Position numbers and translations under genes: made by a program. From Candidatus Latescibacterota bacterium (GTDB lineage Bacteria; Latescibacterota; UBA2968; UBA8231), in NCBI GenBank assembly GCA_965243025.1, contig CBDETY010000003.1, positions 5,312,001 to 5,376,000 on the forward strand: a stretch of DNA of 64,000 nt, read 5' to 3'. Below are positions 58,805 through 64,000 of this stretch, one piece after another. Position 1 is the stretch's first letter, and the number at the start of each line of letters is the position of its first letter. Below the pieces are notes generated by a model that saw nothing but the letters and a program-made list of their open reading frames with translations, was not told the origin of the DNA and searched no databases.

Positions 58805-59155
58805 TCAGATTATCTCTAGCACCTGCTGCGGCGGCCGTCCGAGGCGGGCGCGGCCGCCGGCGACGACTATCGGGCGCTCGATCAGGATCGGGTGGGCGGC
58901 CATCGCCGCGATCAGCGCCTCGCGGTCGTCGAGCCTGGCGGCGAGGCCGAGGTCGGCGTACTCCTCCTCTTTCGAGCGCAGCAGGTCCGCCGGTCCGATC
59001 TCAAGGAGGCGCAGCAGGCGCTCGAGGGTCTCCTCGTCGGGGGGGGACTTCAGGTACTCGACGACCGTCGGCTCGATGCCGCGCTCGCGCAGCAGCGCGA
59101 GGGTCTCGCGGCTCTTGCTGCAGCCGGGGTTGTGGTAGATGGTGACGTCCGTCAT
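58805..59155 (-). CDS. arsC: Arsenate reductase, glutaredoxin-dependent ArsC family
   Basis: IYHNPGCSKSR, LIERPIV, LGRPP. Confidence 0.92.
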   Translation of the reverse strand: MTDVTIYHNPGCSKSRETLALLRERGIEPTVVEYLKSPPDEETLERLLRLLEIGPADLLRSKEEEYADLGLAARLDDREALIAAMAAHPILIERPIVVAGGRARLGRPPQQVLEII

Positions 59156-59261
59156 GGTTCCTCGCAGGGCCGGTGAAGTTTGTGAAGTTTGACAGTCGCG
59201 GCGGATTGCGATAATTAACCGCCCCTCCTGACCGAGCTGATTTCTGCAGAAAGGTCGATCG

Positions 59262-60230
59262 ATGTCCTTCAAATTCGTGCTTCTGCCGCCTCCGGGCGAC
59301 TTCCTGCACCGCATGGCCGCCAGAATCGAGGCGGCCGTTCCCGAGGCGAACGTCGTCGTCTGCGAGGACCGCGCCCGGGCGCTCGAGGAGCTGGCCGATG
59401 CGCCGGCTGCCTTCGGATTCATGGACCCGGAGCTGCTGGCGACCGCCGGCGGCCTCAAGTGGCTGGCGTGCCCTGCGGCCGGCCCCGCCCCGAGCTTCTA
59501 TTTTCCCGAGCTGGTCGCCAGCGACGTCGTCGTCACCAACACGCGCGGCATCTACTCCGACCATATCGGCGTCCACATCATGGCTTTCGTGCTGGCGTTC
59601 GCCCGCCACCTGCACGTCTACCTTCCGGCGCAGCAGCGGGGGGAGTGGCGTCCCGGCGGCGAAGGGGGGGCGTCGATTCACCTTCCCGAGGCCACGGCCG
59701 TCATCATCGGGGTCGGCGGCATCGGGTCGGAAACCGCCCGGCACTGCTCCCACTTCGGCATGCGCGTGATAGGAATCGATCCGCGGGTTGCCGAGGCGCC
59801 CGAAGGGGTCGACGAGCTGTACTCCCCGGAGGCGCTCGACGAGCAGCTCGGCCGCGGGGATTTCGTCATCCTGACGGCCCCGCAGACGCCCCGGATGGAG
59901 CGGCTCATCGACAGACAGCGGCTCGCGTGCATGAAGACCAGCGGCATTCTCATCAACATAGGACGGGGCGCCAACGTCGTCATCGAAGATCTCGCCGACG
60001 CCCTGTACGAAGGCAAGATCGGCGGCGCGGCTCTCGACGTCTTCGAGATCGAGCCGCTGCCGCCGGGACACCGGCTGTGGACGGCGCCGAATTTCCTGAT
60101 GACTCCCCACACCGCCGCGTCCGGCCCCTACCTGGAGGAGCGCCGCTTCGAGCTGCAGGTCGAGAACTGCCGGCGCTTCGCCCGCGGCGAGCAGCTGGCA
60201 AACGTCGTCGACAAGGCCAACTGGTTCTGA
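59262..60230 (+). CDS. D-2-hydroxyacid dehydrogenase
   Basis: GVGGIG, INIGRG, LDVFEIEPLP, TPHTA. Confidence 0.92.
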   Translation: MSFKFVLLPPPGDFLHRMAARIEAAVPEANVVVCEDRARALEELADAPAAFGFMDPELLATAGGLKWLACPAAGPAPSFYFPELVASDVVVTNTRGIYSDHIGVHIMAFVLAFARHLHVYLPAQQRGEWRPGGEGGASIHLPEATAVIIGVGGIGSETARHCSHFGMRVIGIDPRVAEAPEGVDELYSPEALDEQLGRGDFVILTAPQTPRMERLIDRQRLACMKTSGILINIGRGANVVIEDLADALYEGKIGGAALDVFEIEPLPPGHRLWTAPNFLMTPHTAASGPYLEERRFELQVENCRRFARGEQLANVVDKANWF

Positions 60231-60257
60231 GATCTGCCCTGCGGGCAGGCGCAAAGG

Positions 60258-60917
60258 TCAGGAGGTCGAGGGGAAGCGCAGGGAGGAGCCTTTCACCGGG
60301 AGGCTTCCGATTATCAGCAGCCAGCCGCTTGCCTTCGGCTCCTCGACCGACCACTCCTTGATCTCGCCGCCGAGCTTCTTCTGCGCCCTCTCGCACACCT
60401 CGTCGAACGGGGGCCTCCCCGGGTCGGCGATGACAATCTGCTGCACCCCCGCCTTCAAAGCCTTGCGGATCGCCTTGTAGAGCGGGTCGATCATCTCGTC
60501 CCAGAAACAGATCTCGACGCCGATAATCAGGTCGTACCCCGCCATCTGCTTTTTCTTGAGATTCTCGAAGCGCGATCTCCGGTGCGACAGGTCGACGCCG
60601 TTGATCTCGGCGTGGAGGTGCATGTAGGGGAACACGTTGGGGTCGGCGTCGACGCCGGTGACGCTGGCGCCGAACTCCCTGGCGCAGTAGATGCCGGCCA
60701 AGCCCCAGCCGCAGCCGAGCTCCATCACCTTCGCCTGCTCCGGAAGGCCCTGGCGCCGCAGGTAGTCCATTACCAGGAAGCTGGTCTTCCAGAACCGGTC
60801 GCCGTGGATTTCCGGCTCGTTCTCCCTGCTCAGGGCCCGCATCCGGGGGTGTGATTTCTTGAGGATCGTCAGTCCGAACGCGGACCGCTCCGTGCTTCTG
60901 GCCTTCTTTTTGCCCAT
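60258..60917 (-). CDS. Class I SAM-dependent methyltransferase (family 16-like)
   Basis: MELGCGWGL, IVIADPGR. Confidence 0.85.
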   Translation of the reverse strand: MGKKKARSTERSAFGLTILKKSHPRMRALSRENEPEIHGDRFWKTSFLVMDYLRRQGLPEQAKVMELGCGWGLAGIYCAREFGASVTGVDADPNVFPYMHLHAEINGVDLSHRRSRFENLKKKQMAGYDLIIGVEICFWDEMIDPLYKAIRKALKAGVQQIVIADPGRPPFDEVCERAQKKLGGEIKEWSVEEPKASGWLLIIGSLPVKGSSLRFPSTS

Positions 60918-61067
60918 GAGAAAACGGGGTGGATGGATTAGATTAACCGGCTTGCCTGCCGCTTCGCCGGGAACGCCCGCCGCGGGCCGCAGAAACTACG
61001 AAACCATCCCCTCCCTGCAAGAAATCCGCGGCCCCCGGAAGCCGGCCGCCGAAGGACCTCATACCGT

Positions 61068-62477
61068 TTGATCAACTACCTTGTCGAGCGCTGGCGCGCC
61101 GAGGGCGGTTACCGCGAGTTCCTCGTCATCGCGTTCCCGCTGATCCTCAGCACCGCGGCCTGGAGCGTCCAGCACTTCGTCGACCGCATGTTCCTCACCT
61201 GGTATTCGACGGAGGCGATGGCGGCAGCGCTGCCCGGCGGCATGACGAACTTCGTCTTCGCCAGCTTCTTCATCGGCGTCGCCTCGTACGTCAACACCTT
61301 CGTCGCCCAGTACAACGGCGCGGGACGGCGCCGGCGCGTCGGTCCGGCCCTCTGGCAGGGCGGCTACCTCGCCGTCATCAGCGCCGCCGCCGCAGGCATC
61401 CTCATCCTCCTGGCGCAACCGATCTTCGACCTCATCGGCCACGAGGCGTCGATCCGGGAACAGGAGGTGACCTACTTCAGCATCCTCTGTTTCGGCCATC
61501 CGCCGCTGATCCTGGCGACCGCCCTGTCCTGCTTCTACAGCGGCCGCGGGAGGACCTGGATGGTGTTCAACGTCAACGTCGCCGCCACCGCGGTGAACAT
61601 CGTTCTCGACTACGGCCTCATCTTCGGCAAGTGGGGGCTGCCGGCCTGGGGAATTCGCGGCGCCGCCTGGGCCACCAACCTCGCCGAGGTCTTCGCCGCC
61701 CTGGTTTTCTGCGCACTGCTGTTGCAGGAAAGGTACCGGCGCGAGTTCGCCACCCTTTCCGGCTGGCGCTTCGACCGCGACCTGTTCGGCCGCCTGCTGC
61801 GGTTCGGCGGGCCCAACGGCGTCAACTTCATGTTCGACATGATGTCGTTCGCCCTCTTCATCCTCATCGTGGGCCGCGCCGGGATTCTCGAGCTCACCGC
61901 GACGAACCTCGCCTTCAACATCAACACCCTGGCCTTCATGCCGCTCATCGGCGCCGGCATCGCCGTGTCGACGATGGTGGGACAGCGTCTCGGACAGAAC
62001 CGGCCGGAAGCCGCCGCCTATGCGACCTGGTCCGGCCTGCACCTCGCCCAGCTTTACATGGGCGCCATGGCCCTGGCCTATTTCACCGTGCCGCAGTGGT
62101 TCCTGATGCCGTACGGCATCGGGGCGTCGGGTGAGGACTTCGAGGCCGCGAGGGAGATGGCGCTGCTGCTGCTCAACATCGTCGCCCTGTACTGCCTTTT
62201 CGACGCCGGCTACATAATTTTCACCGCGGCTCTGAAGGGGGCCGGCGACACGCGCTTCATCCTTTTCGCCGCTTTCGCCGCGGGCTGGCTGGTCATGCTC
62301 ATACCTGCGTACGCGGCGCACGTCCTTTTCGACGCCAGCCTCTACGTCCTGTGGGGCTTCCTGTGCGCCTACATCATCACCGCGTCGGGCATCTTCTACT
62401 GGCGCTTCCGGCAGGGCAAGTGGATGCAGATGCGGGTCATCGAGGAAGAGCCGCTGGCCGGGGCGGCGGGAGGGTGA
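61068..62477 (+). CDS. MATE family efflux transporter
   Basis: FVDRMF, NIVLDYGLIFG, GIRGAAWAT, LKGAGDT; about 12 TM. Confidence 0.92.
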   Translation: MINYLVERWRAEGGYREFLVIAFPLILSTAAWSVQHFVDRMFLTWYSTEAMAAALPGGMTNFVFASFFIGVASYVNTFVAQYNGAGRRRRVGPALWQGGYLAVISAAAAGILILLAQPIFDLIGHEASIREQEVTYFSILCFGHPPLILATALSCFYSGRGRTWMVFNVNVAATAVNIVLDYGLIFGKWGLPAWGIRGAAWATNLAEVFAALVFCALLLQERYRREFATLSGWRFDRDLFGRLLRFGGPNGVNFMFDMMSFALFILIVGRAGILELTATNLAFNINTLAFMPLIGAGIAVSTMVGQRLGQNRPEAAAYATWSGLHLAQLYMGAMALAYFTVPQWFLMPYGIGASGEDFEAAREMALLLLNIVALYCLFDAGYIIFTAALKGAGDTRFILFAAFAAGWLVMLIPAYAAHVLFDASLYVLWGFLCAYIITASGIFYWRFRQGKWMQMRVIEEEPLAGAAGG

Positions 62478-62480
62478 GCC

Positions 62481-63380
62481 ATGGCTGACCTGGTATGGGG
62501 CATCGACCTCGGGGGAACGAAGATCGAGGGCGTCGTGCTGCCCTCGCGGGACTCGGCCGAACCGCTGTGCCGGCTGCGCGTGCCGACCGGGGCCGAGGGG
62601 GGTTACGTCCAGGTGCGCCGCCGCATCTGCGGGCTGGTCGAGGACATGAAGGCGGAGGTCGGCGAGGCCCCGCGGGCAATCGGCATCGGAACTCCGGGGG
62701 TCCTCGATCCGGAGACCGGGCTGATCAAGAACAGCAACACCACCTGCCTGATCGGGGAGCCGCTGCGCGCCGACCTGGAAACCGAGCTCGGCGTAGAGAT
62801 CGCCATGGCCAACGACGCCAACTGCTTCGCCCTGGCCGAGGCGGCCCTGGGAGCCGGCCGGGGGGCGGAGACGGTCTTCGGCATCATCATGGGAACGGGA
62901 GTCGGCGGAGGCGTCGTGGTCGACGGCCGCGTCCTCTACGGCTGCCAGGGGATCGCCGGGGAGTGGGGCCACAACCTCCTCGACCCCGCCGGGCCGGACT
63001 GCTACTGCGGCCGCCGCGGCTGCGTCGAGACCTTTCTTTCGGGCCCCCATCTCGAGCGCTTCTACGAGCAGGCGGCCGGCCGGCGCCGCTCACTGGCCGA
63101 AATCGTCGATCTCCATCGCCTGGGCTCGGACCCGCACGCCACGGCCGCGGTCGAGCGCCTGCTCGACTACTTCGGCAGGGCGCTGGCGGTGGTCGTCAAC
63201 CTGCTCGACCCCCACGTCGTCGTCCTGGGGGGAGGCGTCAGCAACGTCGACCTGCTGTACAGCGAGGGTCCCGGGCGGCTCGCCCGGTGGATGTTCAACG
63301 ACCGCTGCGAGACGCGGATCGCCCGCAACCAGCTCGGGGACAGCGCCGGGGTCTTCGGCGCCGCCATGCTGGTGGCGTGA
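62481..63380 (+). CDS. ROK family sugar kinase (Mak/fructokinase-like)
   Basis: GIDLGGTK, NDANCFALAE, GEWGH, CYCGRRGCVE. Confidence 0.92.
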   Translation: MADLVWGIDLGGTKIEGVVLPSRDSAEPLCRLRVPTGAEGGYVQVRRRICGLVEDMKAEVGEAPRAIGIGTPGVLDPETGLIKNSNTTCLIGEPLRADLETELGVEIAMANDANCFALAEAALGAGRGAETVFGIIMGTGVGGGVVVDGRVLYGCQGIAGEWGHNLLDPAGPDCYCGRRGCVETFLSGPHLERFYEQAAGRRRSLAEIVDLHRLGSDPHATAAVERLLDYFGRALAVVVNLLDPHVVVLGGGVSNVDLLYSEGPGRLARWMFNDRCETRIARNQLGDSAGVFGAAMLVA

Positions 63381-63389
63381 ATTCCGGGG

Positions 63390-64000
63390 CTACCGCCGCC
63401 GCCGGCGCTTCCACTCCTCGAACTCGGCGAGGGTGCGCTCGTCCGGGGGGTAGTTGCCGACGATGCTCGCCCCGGAGCGGATGCGCTCGAGAATGAAGTC
63501 CTCTCTCTCCTCCATCTCCTCCGCCTCGGCGGCGGCGGTGTCGGCGAGATGCCGCGGGATGACGACCACTCCCTCGCTGTCGCCGACGACGATGTCGCCG
63601 GGAAACACCGCGACCCCGCCGCAGGCGACCGGTACCTGGATCTCGCTGGGATGGTGAATGGTCTTGTTGCTGTGGGCGTTCATCGCCGCCGCGTACGCCG
63701 GGATGCCGATTTCGGCGATCGCCGGGGAGTCTCGGTAGGCGCCGTCGGTGACGATGCCGGCGCCGCCCCTGGCGTGAATCCGCGTCGCCAGGATGTTGCC
63801 CATGGTGCCCGCCGAGGTCTCGCCGCGGGCGTCGATGACGAACACCTCCCCGGCGGCCAGCCGTTCAATGCCGACGCGCTGCGGGTCGGTGAGGTTGTCG
63901 ACCTCGCCGGAGTCGAGGTCTTCGCGCGCCGGGATGTAGCGCAGCGTGTACGCCGGCCCGGCCATCTTCATTCCGGGGCGCAGCGGTTCGACTCCCCGCA
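63390..64000 (-). CDS. RraA-like / HMG aldolase family protein (5' end outside window)
   Basis: GTMGNILA, VTDGAYRD, PGDIVVGDSEGVVVIP. Confidence 0.85.
   Translation of the reverse strand, partial: RGVEPLRPGMKMAGPAYTLRYIPAREDLDSGEVDNLTDPQRVGIERLAAGEVFVIDARGETSAGTMGNILATRIHARGGAGIVTDGAYRDSPAIAEIGIPAYAAAMNAHSNKTIHHPSEIQVPVACGGVAVFPGDIVVGDSEGVVVIPRHLADTAAAEAEEMEEREDFILERIRSGASIVGNYPPDERTLAEFEEWKRRRRR

Overview
High-GC bacterial chromosomal window. Left end: 5' part of a class 1 DISARM anti-phage operon (drmD plus the adenine methyltransferase running off the window), a collapsed toxin-antitoxin remnant and an NHEJ cluster (ligD, ku, TPR protein). About 9-40 kb and 57-64 kb are mostly housekeeping and metabolic genes (comEC, class I lysS, infA, glmM-like mutase, zapA, trxB, sat, purN, arsC, MATE, ROK). 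About 40.3-56.8 kb is a visibly lower-GC accessory island with no recognisable integrase, built from repeated parts: a small hypothetical gene, a long hairpin leader and a sigma-70/ECF-like gene (one intact copy, one nonsense copy, one deleted remnant); five copies of a fixed-spacing motif CCGACAC-N13-CCGGT(A/T) in front of island genes; three paralogues of an uncharacterised TIM-barrel-like 'GIRWNHE' protein; five exported proteins sharing a C-terminal 'WGxxK' tail; and a GAF-PAS-kinase-wHTH fusion with no receiver domain. This sigma/promoter/cargo island is the best candidate for an undescribed system. All family calls come from motifs read by eye; no searches were run.
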